Of a stretch of 64,000 nucleotides of DNA, positions 20,240 through 29,247 are shown piece by piece (position 1 is the stretch's first letter; each line of letters begins with the position of its first letter). Source of the stretch: an uncultured Pirellulales bacterium (GTDB lineage: Bacteria; Planctomycetota; Phycisphaerae; Sedimentisphaerales; Anaerobacaceae); NCBI GenBank assembly GCA_964387605.1, contig CAYLYB010000001.1:15960-79959 (forward strand), in the 5' to 3' direction. The position numbers and the translations under genes were made by a program. The notes under the pieces were generated by a model. The model was not told where the DNA came from and searched no databases. It saw nothing but the letters and a program-made list of their open reading frames with translations.

Positions 20240-21010
20240 TTACCATAAGTTGCCGGGCCAGTATTCCCTTTCTAGAACAGGCAAAATAACGGATAATAAC
20301 TTTTCGCTTGCCGCCAGTGCCTCTTGCTTATTTGGATAACTCGCTCGTCCAACGTTTTTATTATAAAACTTCCATTCGACCTTAGAGAAGTAAGAAAATT
20401 TACCGAACAGATTCTCATTTAAAATCAATCTGGTGTCTTCTCTTCCTGCTGCGTATTTACTGTTGACGCTAAAAATGTAGAAAACTGCAAAAGAATCGTT
20501 GCCTCCCCATATGTCTGACTTTGTTTCTTCGAAAACAATATAACGTGCGATAATCTGCTTTTCGGTGTCACTTGTATTTATTTTAAGCGCAACTTCTTCG
20601 GAACTTTTTCGCTGAAAACCGCCTCCAATATAACATTCATCAGGCACATGAGGCACTTTGTCCGGTATCCCATAATACGTTATGAAGAGCGAACAAAGTC
20701 GAACATCGCTGTCTGGGGGGGCGCTGGTATCTTCCAAATTCCATTGAATATAGTCTTCTGTGCCCAGGGTTTCTACTATGTCCTGATTCTCGATTTTATG
20801 TTTCTCCACTATCTTGTAGGGGAATAAGTTAGAGCTGTCCAGCTGTGAGAGAGGTTTTTTCAACGGTAGCGGCTCTTTTTTCAGGTATATACCGGAGAGC
20901 TTGACCGCCATTGACATTGTGCTGGCGCTTACTAACAGAATGCCGGCACATATCAGAAAGGCGGGCTGAAGATAATTACCTTTAATTATTTGTCTTATAT
21001 TGTTAGGCAT
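20240..21010 (-). CDS. epsI: exosortase-associated EpsI-family protein
   Basis: MPNNIRQIIKGNYLQPAFLICAGILLVSAS forms a TM anchor. The ATG at 21010 lies 1 nt after the exosortase stop. The longer ORF reaching 21217 would overlap the exosortase by ~200 nt. Confidence 0.7.
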   Translation of the reverse strand: MPNNIRQIIKGNYLQPAFLICAGILLVSASTMSMAVKLSGIYLKKEPLPLKKPLSQLDSSNLFPYKIVEKHKIENQDIVETLGTEDYIQWNLEDTSAPPDSDVRLCSLFITYYGIPDKVPHVPDECYIGGGFQRKSSEEVALKINTSDTEKQIIARYIVFEETKSDIWGGNDSFAVFYIFSVNSKYAAGREDTRLILNENLFGKFSYFSKVEWKFYNKNVGRASYPNKQEALAASEKLLSVILPVLEREYWPGNLW

Positions 21011-21011
21011 T

Positions 21012-22019
21012 TTAATTAGCCCTGGTTTTATTTTCGCTTTTTGTAACCTGATAAGACCTAACCACGACATCTGGCGATTCGTCTTCTGTGCTCTCGACCA
21101 GCAGATTCGACATAAACCAGGCCAGAGAACCATAAATCCCGAATGCCAAAGGCAGCATCGCCATTCCCAACATATCGTGATAAATACCTTGTGCGTATTG
21201 TGGGTCGAGCAGGACATAAATGAGACCGGTGATAGTTACTCTGACTATGTTGCATATGATAGCTATTGGCAAGGTGCTGGCCAGCAGGACCAGCCGTTGC
21301 CATAATGGCCTATAGTGCAGGTATGCCATAGCCACTCCGAGCGCAAAGAAGGCCATAAGTAGCCGCATGCCGCTGCACGCTTCAGCCACGTCAAGTCCGG
21401 GTTCGAGGCGTTGACCTTTGTATATCACGTCTATCACAACTCCGCTGCAGGTTGCCTCGAGTTTGGGCACCAGATTAAGAACTAAGGTTGAAACTGAAGC
21501 TGCCAATTTGCGCATAGGTATAGTGGCGCTGACATAATATCTCTGCGGTAGTGGAATGGCGAATATCAGGTATAAGACAGGCAGCCATGTGTGTCTCAAT
21601 AAAGCCCAGCCCCCGAGAAAAAGCACCACTGACAAAAGTGTGCCAATCACGGCTATTTGCCTGAAGTATCCGTAGCCGGCGGGACTCACTACGTTGAAAA
21701 TATAGAAAAGAATAATACATATTAACAGGAACATGCCAAGATAACTCGGCCTTGGAACGGTGTTTAGAATATCTTTCTTGGATTGGCTAAGAAAGTATAG
21801 ACTGAAAAGCGGAATCAGTATGCCGTGTGACCAGCTGCTGTCGGTAAACCACTGATGAACGATATCCCAGACCTCTACATGGAACAGATAATATAGCAAG
21901 CCCCCTATTATTGCTATGCGAATATATGAATGCACATTGAGTTGCCGCCACATCGGTAAGGATGCTGCAGTGGTTGCTGATTGCTGTGTTGCTGTGGCTT
22001 TATTAATATTATCCGCCAT
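21012..22019 (-). CDS. exosortase (EpsH/Xrt family) with an acidic hydrophilic C-terminal tail
   Basis: Polytopic membrane protein with the catalytic-Cys motif EACSGMRLL, the NIVRV motif and a conserved His region (IYHDMLG). Confidence 0.85.
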   Translation of the reverse strand: MADNINKATATQQSATTAASLPMWRQLNVHSYIRIAIIGGLLYYLFHVEVWDIVHQWFTDSSWSHGILIPLFSLYFLSQSKKDILNTVPRPSYLGMFLLICIILFYIFNVVSPAGYGYFRQIAVIGTLLSVVLFLGGWALLRHTWLPVLYLIFAIPLPQRYYVSATIPMRKLAASVSTLVLNLVPKLEATCSGVVIDVIYKGQRLEPGLDVAEACSGMRLLMAFFALGVAMAYLHYRPLWQRLVLLASTLPIAIICNIVRVTITGLIYVLLDPQYAQGIYHDMLGMAMLPLAFGIYGSLAWFMSNLLVESTEDESPDVVVRSYQVTKSENKTRAN

Positions 22020-22144
22020 AGTTATCGTGTATAAGCCCCGCTGCTATTGTGGGCTGAGAAACTACTAATTGACAATGAGTTCTTTTATCAACGGCTTTAT
22101 CACTGGGCCGAAGACGCAGGTTCCAAAAAGAGTACATAGCCCGA

Positions 22145-23815
22145 TTAGAACCAGTTTGGGAACGGCCGACTGGTCCCGTAGTCGCGGTCGGCGAAGTTAC
22201 GGTCATAAATAAAACCGAAGCCATAAGTTGCTCTGAACGAATTCCGCAAAATCGCTCGCCACCTGGCCGTCGGATGAGTCCCGACGTTGACCAGGTCGTT
22301 TGGCTTGATAAAGAAATCCGGCTGTTCCCCACTTGCGATTTTGTCCAGGTCCACCATTACGATTTCTTCACGTTTCTTTCCAATTCTTCTTACAACCTCA
22401 CAACGTTTCGGCCAGGCCAGTTGTCCTAGGCCTCCCGCTGCTGCAATTGCCATTTTCAGAGTCATTGGCCGGCCCGTTATGTTGATAAAGCCCTGGTTGT
22501 TAACGTTGCCCATAATACAGAATTCTCCGATTATATCAACTGGGACGTGGATATTGTCGCCCGGCCGGATTACGATGTTATAACGCGGATCGCCACTGAG
22601 GAGCTTGTCTGCTGGTATCCTTATTGTGCGTCTTTGTGCGCCTCCAGGCCCGATTTCGCCCCAACCGGTTTCCGTCGGCTCCTCGCGAGCTGGGCCTTCG
22701 GCTGGTGGGGCTGGTTTAGCGGCTTCGACGGATGGTGCGGGTTGGCCTACTTGAATTGGCACCCACCTGCCATCTTGGAATACCCACTCAATCCTCCCTT
22801 TGCCGATTAGCCCTGAGTTGTTTTTGTTTACTGTTGATTCAGTATCAGTCTGGATTTCGTCAGCGGCTAATACACTCCTTATATCTATCGTGCTCGGTTT
22901 GGCTTTATATGTAGACGGTATTTCCGAGGTCCAAAGTGTTTCGGGCGACGCGGTTCGACGAAGCTCCATTAAATCTGCAAGTTCCTGTTCAGTCACCATT
23001 TCAGCAGAAATGACTACGTACTCGCTGTTTGTCTGTCTCAGGGAGCCGGAAGGTGCCAAAGAACCTCTTTTGGCCATAGGCGCTATGATTTCGAATAATT
23101 CCTCTTGCGGTTCTTTTGTGGGGGTGATTTCTTCACGCTCAAGCGATGGTGTCTTTGCAGGTGGTTCTGTAAGGGGTTCTGCCAGTTCTTCTTTGCCTGT
23201 AATCGGCCTTGATATATATATGTAGCTTATATTGAACTGACTTATACCTCCTGCAGTAGCCAGGGCATCGGATAGCCGATAGTCGTACCGAGGTATTTGG
23301 TATCGCCCGGGCTGGGGGATGCCACTGCCCAATATTGAAAACAACTGGCTTTGCGACCTTAGCAGAGTAACTGTGACTGTTGGTTCTTTAAGAATGTTCG
23401 GCGAAAGGATTTGTTTTATCTCCTCCTCCAGCTGCGACTCAGTTAATCCTGTTGCCTCAACAACCCCGACATCAGGAATTGATATCTTGCCGGTCTCAGT
23501 GATGACGAACTGGTTCGAAAACATCACCCCTTCGTTGAACAGCTCGAAGATGCTTATCGAGGCAACATCGCCTGAGCCGAACACGTAATCGGTTTCATAA
23601 GACAGTACGTCGGCGGGTTTGGGTTCCTCTCCGGTTTCCCAGGCAGCGGGTGATTCGTCGGCCACTCCCAGTGAGTCCAGTATAACATTTACAGCCGGAA
23701 CAGGCCGGAATCTTCCCACCTGCGTTGGGTCCAGGAACTTGTTGCCGCAGCCGGCTGCGGCAAAGCATAGCACAAGACACGAAACTGCAACGGATGCAAT
23801 ACGCAATCTATTCAT
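22145..23815 (-). CDS. polysaccharide export lipoprotein (Wza/EpsE-like) with a large internal insertion
   Basis: Lipobox LCFAAAGC after the Met at 23815. Poly_export-like block (GKISIPDVGVVEATGLTESQLEEEI) and C-terminal SLBB-like block (IRPGDNIHVP, ITGRPMTLKMAIAAAGG). Confidence 0.8.
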   Translation of the reverse strand: MNRLRIASVAVSCLVLCFAAAGCGNKFLDPTQVGRFRPVPAVNVILDSLGVADESPAAWETGEEPKPADVLSYETDYVFGSGDVASISIFELFNEGVMFSNQFVITETGKISIPDVGVVEATGLTESQLEEEIKQILSPNILKEPTVTVTLLRSQSQLFSILGSGIPQPGRYQIPRYDYRLSDALATAGGISQFNISYIYISRPITGKEELAEPLTEPPAKTPSLEREEITPTKEPQEELFEIIAPMAKRGSLAPSGSLRQTNSEYVVISAEMVTEQELADLMELRRTASPETLWTSEIPSTYKAKPSTIDIRSVLAADEIQTDTESTVNKNNSGLIGKGRIEWVFQDGRWVPIQVGQPAPSVEAAKPAPPAEGPAREEPTETGWGEIGPGGAQRRTIRIPADKLLSGDPRYNIVIRPGDNIHVPVDIIGEFCIMGNVNNQGFINITGRPMTLKMAIAAAGGLGQLAWPKRCEVVRRIGKKREEIVMVDLDKIASGEQPDFFIKPNDLVNVGTHPTARWRAILRNSFRATYGFGFIYDRNFADRDYGTSRPFPNWF

Positions 23816-24389
23816 ATCCTCACGACAATAGAAACCCCCTGTCCGCAACTCGGCTGAAGTCCGAAGCGGACGGTGGATTAAACTTACATCTGACACAGGC
23901 GCATAGTCCAACTTTCGCTTTTTTCTTCGATTGATTTATCGGCTTTGCGAAGATGCCGCTTAACTTCTGAATGTTGATTAACCAGCCGTATATCGGACTT
24001 TGCCCCTTTGAAGTACACCTGTTAAGCGGATTGAGCCCGATATCAAAATGCTCATAAATACTGCTTTTCATCAAATGACCCCAAGCTCTGATTTAGAATG
24101 ATTTAAGTGTGTGCCCATCTCTTTGGGCTATAGCCAATGAGATGACCTCCTTGACACAAATTGGCGCCTTAAAGGCATAAAAAAGGTGCCCAAAGCACTT
24201 GCCGGCTGCTAAAACCAGCCGAACGGTGTCTATACTGATTTTGAGGCGGTTTTGTTCGGGATTGATTTGGGCTTTTAAAGCGAGGCCGTCCTATAATAAA
24301 AACAGCGATGAAGCAGTTGAAAAAGCGTTTAAAAGGGCCATCTGATTATTAAGTCTGAGGACGGATTACCAGGCGATGGTTCGATAAAC

Positions 24390-27287
24390 TCACCACAGAA
24401 ATGTCTTTTGCCACGCCTGTTTTAATGATTTTATTTCCGCGTCAATCACCTTTCGGGCCTTTTGGTCCTTTATAACGAGCTTTTGGGCCTCTGTTACCTT
24501 TGCGATTTGGCCGAATGGCAGGTTGAGCATTAATTTTGCGAACTCGTCATATTTATCCGTCTCGACCTCAACGATATATCGGGAGTTAGATTCGCTGAAT
24601 ATCTGTGTGTCCGCTCGTGAGCAATCCCTTGATTTCGGCAACCCGGCCAGGTTGGCCTCGATGCCTGCCCCGCCCGCGAACGCCATTTCAGCAAGCGCTA
24701 CTGCAAGCCCTCCTTCGGAGCAGTCGTGGCAACTGACAATCAGGCCTTTGGCTATCGCTTCGCAAATCTTCTGTGCGATTTTCGGCGCCATTTGAAAATC
24801 GACTTTCGGGACGTTTGCGCCGAGCAGGCCTGATGTTTTGTAATAATGCGAGCCGCCAAGCTCATTTTTCGTTTCGCCGACGATAAACAGCAGATTGCCC
24901 GGCCTTTTGGCGTCCATCGTTACGCACTTGTTGACGTCGTCGATTATTGACATAGCGCTTATCAGCAACGTTGCTGGAATCGAGATTCGCGTGCCATCGT
25001 CTCGGCGGAATTCGTTGTTGAGCGAATCCTTGCCCGATATGAACGGCGTGCCGAATGCGATTGCCCCGTCGTAGCAGGCCTGCGCCGCCCTGACTAATGG
25101 GCCGAGCGTTTCAGGCCTTGTGCAGTCGCCCCAGCAGAAATTATCCAGTAGCGCAATTCGGTCGGCCCTTGCGCCAACGCATATAAGATTTCTTATCGCC
25201 TCGTCTATTCCCGCAAGCGCCATCCAGTAAGGGTCGATATCGCCGTAGCAGGGATTCATACCGCAGCTTATCGCAATTCCGCGGTCCGAATCGAGCTTCG
25301 GCCTTATTACCGCCGCGTCGCCGGGGCCGTCATTGCAAATACCGGTCAATGGCTTGACAACGGAGGCGCCCTGAACCTCGTGGTCGTATTGACGAATGAC
25401 CCATTCCTTACTCGCCACGTTATAGCTCGAAAGAATCGCCATCAGGTCGTCGTTATAGTTTTCCTTTTCGGGGATATCGGGCTCCGCTTCTTTCGTTTTT
25501 TGCCAGATGGCCTTGCGCGAGTATTTCGGCACGCCGTCGTGCAAAAACTCCATATCAAGCTCGCCCACCTGCGTGCCCTCGTATCGCAGGCGAAGTTTCT
25601 TGTCGTCGGTGAATGTTCCGATTACCGTTGCCTCGACGTTTTCGTCGGCGAAGATTTTCATAATCGCGTCCAGATTTTCCGGCTTTACCGCGACGACCAT
25701 TCGTTCCTGCGCCTCGCTTATCCAGATTTCGGTGTAATTTAATCCCGCGTATTTGAGCGGGACCTTTTCGAGGTCAACCTCAGCGCCCAGCTCCTGCCCC
25801 ATCTCGCCGACCGCACTCGAAAGCCCGCCGGCACCGCAATCGGTAATTGCCTCATACAGCCCGGCCTCGTTCGCCTGCACGAGCACATCGAGCATCTTCT
25901 TTTCGGTGATGGCGTTGCCGATTTGCACGGCGTGGGAAAAAATCGTCTCGTGCTCGTGGGTCATTTCTCCGGATGAAAACGTCGCGCCGTGTATGCCGTC
26001 CCTGCCCGTCCTGCCCCCGACGACGATGACGAGATTGCCGCTCTGCGGATGCTTGAAGCATTTATTTTTATCCATTATGCCGATATTGCCGCAATAGACG
26101 AGCGGATTGGCCAAATATCTGTCGTCGAAATAAATTGCGCCGTTGACGGTGGGTATTCCCATCCGGTTGCCGTAATCGCGGACACCCGCGACGACGCCTT
26201 TCATAATCCGCCTCGGATGCAGCACGCCCTTGGGGACATCTTCGAGCTTCATATTCGGGTCGCCGAAGCAGAAGATATCGGTATTGGCGATGGGCCTTGC
26301 GCCAAGGCCCGTGCCCATAGGGTCGCGGAGCACGCCGCCTATGCCGGTGGCGGCCCCGCCGTATGGGTCGAGAGCGGATGGGTGATTGTGCGTCTCGACC
26401 TTGAAACAGACGGCTGAGTCTTCGTCGAATTCGATAACGCCGGCGTTATCGGCGAAGACCGATATGCACCAGGGCTTGTTCAGGTCCTTGGTGGCCTTAA
26501 AAACGGTCTCCTTGAGCAAATTGTCGAAGTGGATGTGTTGGCCTTCACATTCCATATCGACTTCACTTTTGAACGTCTTGTGCACACAATGCTCGCTCCA
26601 GGTTTGCGCGAGGGATTCGAGTTCGATATCGGTCGGCTCCCTGCCGAGCCGTTTATAATAGTCACGGATGGCCTTCATCTCGATGAGATTGAGAAACAGG
26701 TCCTTTTCTTTACTCAGCTTGAGCAGGCCTTCGTCGTCGAGCTTGAGTATAGGCCAGTGAACTAATTTCAATTCGTATGGTTTTGTGTGCGCGCTCGGCG
26801 GCTCTGCGGCATTTCCGACGAGGCAGACCTCGATGCAGTCGTTGGCCAGGATTTTTTTCGCGATTGTGTCGATTTGCCTGGAACCAAGCTCGCCCAGAAG
26901 AACGTATTTGCGTGCTGTGCGGACGCTGGATGGCTTGACGCCCATATCAATCATTGCGCTGGTTACCGATTCGGCTACCGGGTCGGTAACGCCGCTTTTG
27001 AGGTGCACTTCAATCAGTGTCGCCTTTGCCAGACCAGCCGGCGCACCGCTTCTGCCGATGTAATACTCTTCGCATACAGGGTCGGCCAGAAGCTCCTGCC
27101 CAAGTCGCTCGGAGAAATCCTTATCGAATTCCCCTTCGATTAAATACACCTTGGCAAACTGAACCGCCTGGACCGTGCTCATACCAAGTTCCCTGATATC
27201 AGCCAGTGCACTTGTTCCCTGCACGTCGGGAAACCCGGACTTATTGAAGACCTCGAACCGCCACTGCTTCACAATATGATTCCTCAC
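24390..27287 (-). CDS. purL: phosphoribosylformylglycinamidine synthase subunit PurL with two fused N-terminal PurS-like repeats
   Basis: PurL core motifs (ETHNHPSALDPYGGAATGIGG, GRTGRDGIHGATFSS). The first ~170 aa contain two PurS-like units (PDVQGTSALADIRELG... and TDPVAESVTSAMIDMG...). Confidence 0.9.
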   Translation of the reverse strand: MRNHIVKQWRFEVFNKSGFPDVQGTSALADIRELGMSTVQAVQFAKVYLIEGEFDKDFSERLGQELLADPVCEEYYIGRSGAPAGLAKATLIEVHLKSGVTDPVAESVTSAMIDMGVKPSSVRTARKYVLLGELGSRQIDTIAKKILANDCIEVCLVGNAAEPPSAHTKPYELKLVHWPILKLDDEGLLKLSKEKDLFLNLIEMKAIRDYYKRLGREPTDIELESLAQTWSEHCVHKTFKSEVDMECEGQHIHFDNLLKETVFKATKDLNKPWCISVFADNAGVIEFDEDSAVCFKVETHNHPSALDPYGGAATGIGGVLRDPMGTGLGARPIANTDIFCFGDPNMKLEDVPKGVLHPRRIMKGVVAGVRDYGNRMGIPTVNGAIYFDDRYLANPLVYCGNIGIMDKNKCFKHPQSGNLVIVVGGRTGRDGIHGATFSSGEMTHEHETIFSHAVQIGNAITEKKMLDVLVQANEAGLYEAITDCGAGGLSSAVGEMGQELGAEVDLEKVPLKYAGLNYTEIWISEAQERMVVAVKPENLDAIMKIFADENVEATVIGTFTDDKKLRLRYEGTQVGELDMEFLHDGVPKYSRKAIWQKTKEAEPDIPEKENYNDDLMAILSSYNVASKEWVIRQYDHEVQGASVVKPLTGICNDGPGDAAVIRPKLDSDRGIAISCGMNPCYGDIDPYWMALAGIDEAIRNLICVGARADRIALLDNFCWGDCTRPETLGPLVRAAQACYDGAIAFGTPFISGKDSLNNEFRRDDGTRISIPATLLISAMSIIDDVNKCVTMDAKRPGNLLFIVGETKNELGGSHYYKTSGLLGANVPKVDFQMAPKIAQKICEAIAKGLIVSCHDCSEGGLAVALAEMAFAGGAGIEANLAGLPKSRDCSRADTQIFSESNSRYIVEVETDKYDEFAKLMLNLPFGQIAKVTEAQKLVIKDQKARKVIDAEIKSLKQAWQKTFLW

Positions 27288-27468
27288 AAAGCGTCAAAAG
27301 TTAAGAGTTCAGCGAATTATAGGGCGGGGCAATCGGGTCGTCAAGAAAAGTGGTATTGGAGATAATATTGGGTATTATGTCAACCGGCTTCTTCTTACGA
27401 ATATTTTTTGCGGAGTTTTGCGCCCTTATGAACGGCCTGTTCTTGTGAAGGGTTGTTATTCAGGCAGT

Positions 27469-28068
27469 TTAACGTATTTGCGGATAGAATCGATAAGGGA
27501 CAATCGAACGTTCTAATTTATCTTTCAGCTTAAAAAAATCACCATCGGGAATAACAGCATCGCCTTCGTTCGCTTCTCGACTCGGTTGGATAAGCCTATC
27601 GAGCCGATTGTTGGCTGGCTCAATTTCGTTTTTGTGGAACTCGTAGTCAATATTATAGATTCTCAGCAATTGTATTCTGAACTTCTTTTTATCTGATTTT
27701 GCATTTTTGAACCGTTTATATGGTCCCTCCGGGTCCCAGATGTCAAACAAGCCGTTTGAACAAATCTCCTCCCAGAGCGTCATTTCATTTCTAACGAAGT
27801 ATTGTTCATCCAACTTTGCAATATACTTAAAAGGTATCGCGAAGTTTTCTTCTGCTTTCAGCCCTTTGCCGATGCGGCTCAAAGAGGGGCTAAACTGAGT
27901 TCGGGAGCGATTAAAGGTCAGCAGTTCTGGTGGTTCAGGCGGCTTAGGCCTGTCTTTCACAGCGAGCCAAATGGATTGATGAATAAGCTTTCCGTCCTTC
28001 TGAAAGCCGTTTATCATTGCTATGGCGTTTGGTTTGTCGATTTTCAGGCAATTTTTGTTCAGCCGCAT
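27469..28068 (-). CDS. hypothetical protein (orphan, A/T-rich)
   Basis: 199-aa ORF with no motif I recognise. It is Lys-rich and visibly lower in GC than the flanking purL and tyrA. Confidence 0.5.
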   Translation of the reverse strand: MRLNKNCLKIDKPNAIAMINGFQKDGKLIHQSIWLAVKDRPKPPEPPELLTFNRSRTQFSPSLSRIGKGLKAEENFAIPFKYIAKLDEQYFVRNEMTLWEEICSNGLFDIWDPEGPYKRFKNAKSDKKKFRIQLLRIYNIDYEFHKNEIEPANNRLDRLIQPSREANEGDAVIPDGDFFKLKDKLERSIVPYRFYPQIR

Positions 28069-28138
28069 TTACAATCTCCTTTCGTGCTGTTTGTGAGAGA
28101 TTGTTTCAGGTCGTTTTTTGAGACGGCTTTGTTTTAGT

Positions 28139-29011
28139 CTAAATCGGTTCCTTCCTGCTCATCCTGTATTTAACCAGCTTGTCGCGTTTGGTTTTTGCTT
28201 TAAGCAGCAGTTTTTCAATCTTTTTTCTGTCGCCGGAGCTAATCGCTTTTTTGAGTTTTTCAAGCTCGGCGGTCAGGCGGTCGATTCCCCGGATGGAATT
28301 GGTTGCGTTTGTGAGCAGCACGTCGGCCCAGATATTTGCCGGGCCTGAGGCGATTCGCGTGGAGTCCAGGAATCCTTTGCCGGCCAGGTTGAGCTGACTG
28401 GTGTTGCTTGCGTTTACCAGGCAAGCGGCGGTGATATGCGGCAAATGGCTGACGTTTGCGAAGATTCTGTCGTGCTCGGCGGGAGGCAATGATTTTACGA
28501 AACAACCCAGTTTCGACCAGAATTCTTTGACAGTGTGCACGGCCCGGCGGTTGGTATTATTCGTTGTTGTGAGTATACACAGCGACTTATCGAAAAGGTC
28601 GTCTCTGGCGAACTCGACGCCTCTTTGCTCGGAGCCGGCTATAGGGTGAGAGCCGACATAATGGATATGTTTAGGCAGGTGTTTGGCCGCCCAGCGATGC
28701 GGCATCACCTTGGTCGAGCCGACGTCGGTAACAATACAGCCGGCAGGCAGGGCATCTGTAATTTCACAAAGTATCTTTTCGAATGTGCATACAGGCGTTG
28801 CAAGAATTACAAGGTCGGCTCCGGCCACGCTTTTTCTGATATCGCCGTAAATTTCATCAGCCACTTTGAGCCGGCGCGCCTTCGCCCGCGTGCTGGCCCT
28901 GTGGGCGAAGCCCGCTGTTCGCACGCCTGTTATTGCACGAGATACGGCCTGGCATACAGAACCGCCCAATAACCCAAGTCCTATTACAGTTACTTTCCTT
29001 AAGTTCTGCAT
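28139..29011 (-). CDS. tyrA: prephenate/arogenate dehydrogenase
   Basis: Rossmann motif VTVIGLGLLGGS. HYVGSHPIAG motif with the catalytic His. Confidence 0.85.
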   Translation of the reverse strand: MQNLRKVTVIGLGLLGGSVCQAVSRAITGVRTAGFAHRASTRAKARRLKVADEIYGDIRKSVAGADLVILATPVCTFEKILCEITDALPAGCIVTDVGSTKVMPHRWAAKHLPKHIHYVGSHPIAGSEQRGVEFARDDLFDKSLCILTTTNNTNRRAVHTVKEFWSKLGCFVKSLPPAEHDRIFANVSHLPHITAACLVNASNTSQLNLAGKGFLDSTRIASGPANIWADVLLTNATNSIRGIDRLTAELEKLKKAISSGDRKKIEKLLLKAKTKRDKLVKYRMSRKEPI

Positions 29012-29247
29012 AACAAAGACCTTATGAAGTCATGAATTTTTCCATCTGTTGCTCAAAAGTTATAGCAACACACGCGAGATGTCAATTTTTTTCTTTGAAT
29101 CAGGCTATTTTGATGATAGGATATCTGCTCATTCAATAAAAGCAAACGGATGGCTGAGACAATGTTATGCCTGAACCCGCCGGGGCGGGAGAGGGTTTTT
29201 TTATGTAGAGTTTATGCCGGCCCTGTGCAATTGGGACTTTATTCAAA

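Noticed and set aside
21011-21217. N-terminal extension of the EpsI ORF (the track gives 20240-21217).
   Set aside because: The extension would overlap the exosortase CDS by ~200 nt and translates to a Cys/Trp-rich sequence. The internal ATG at 21010 gives a normal TM-anchored EpsI starting 1 nt after the exosortase stop.
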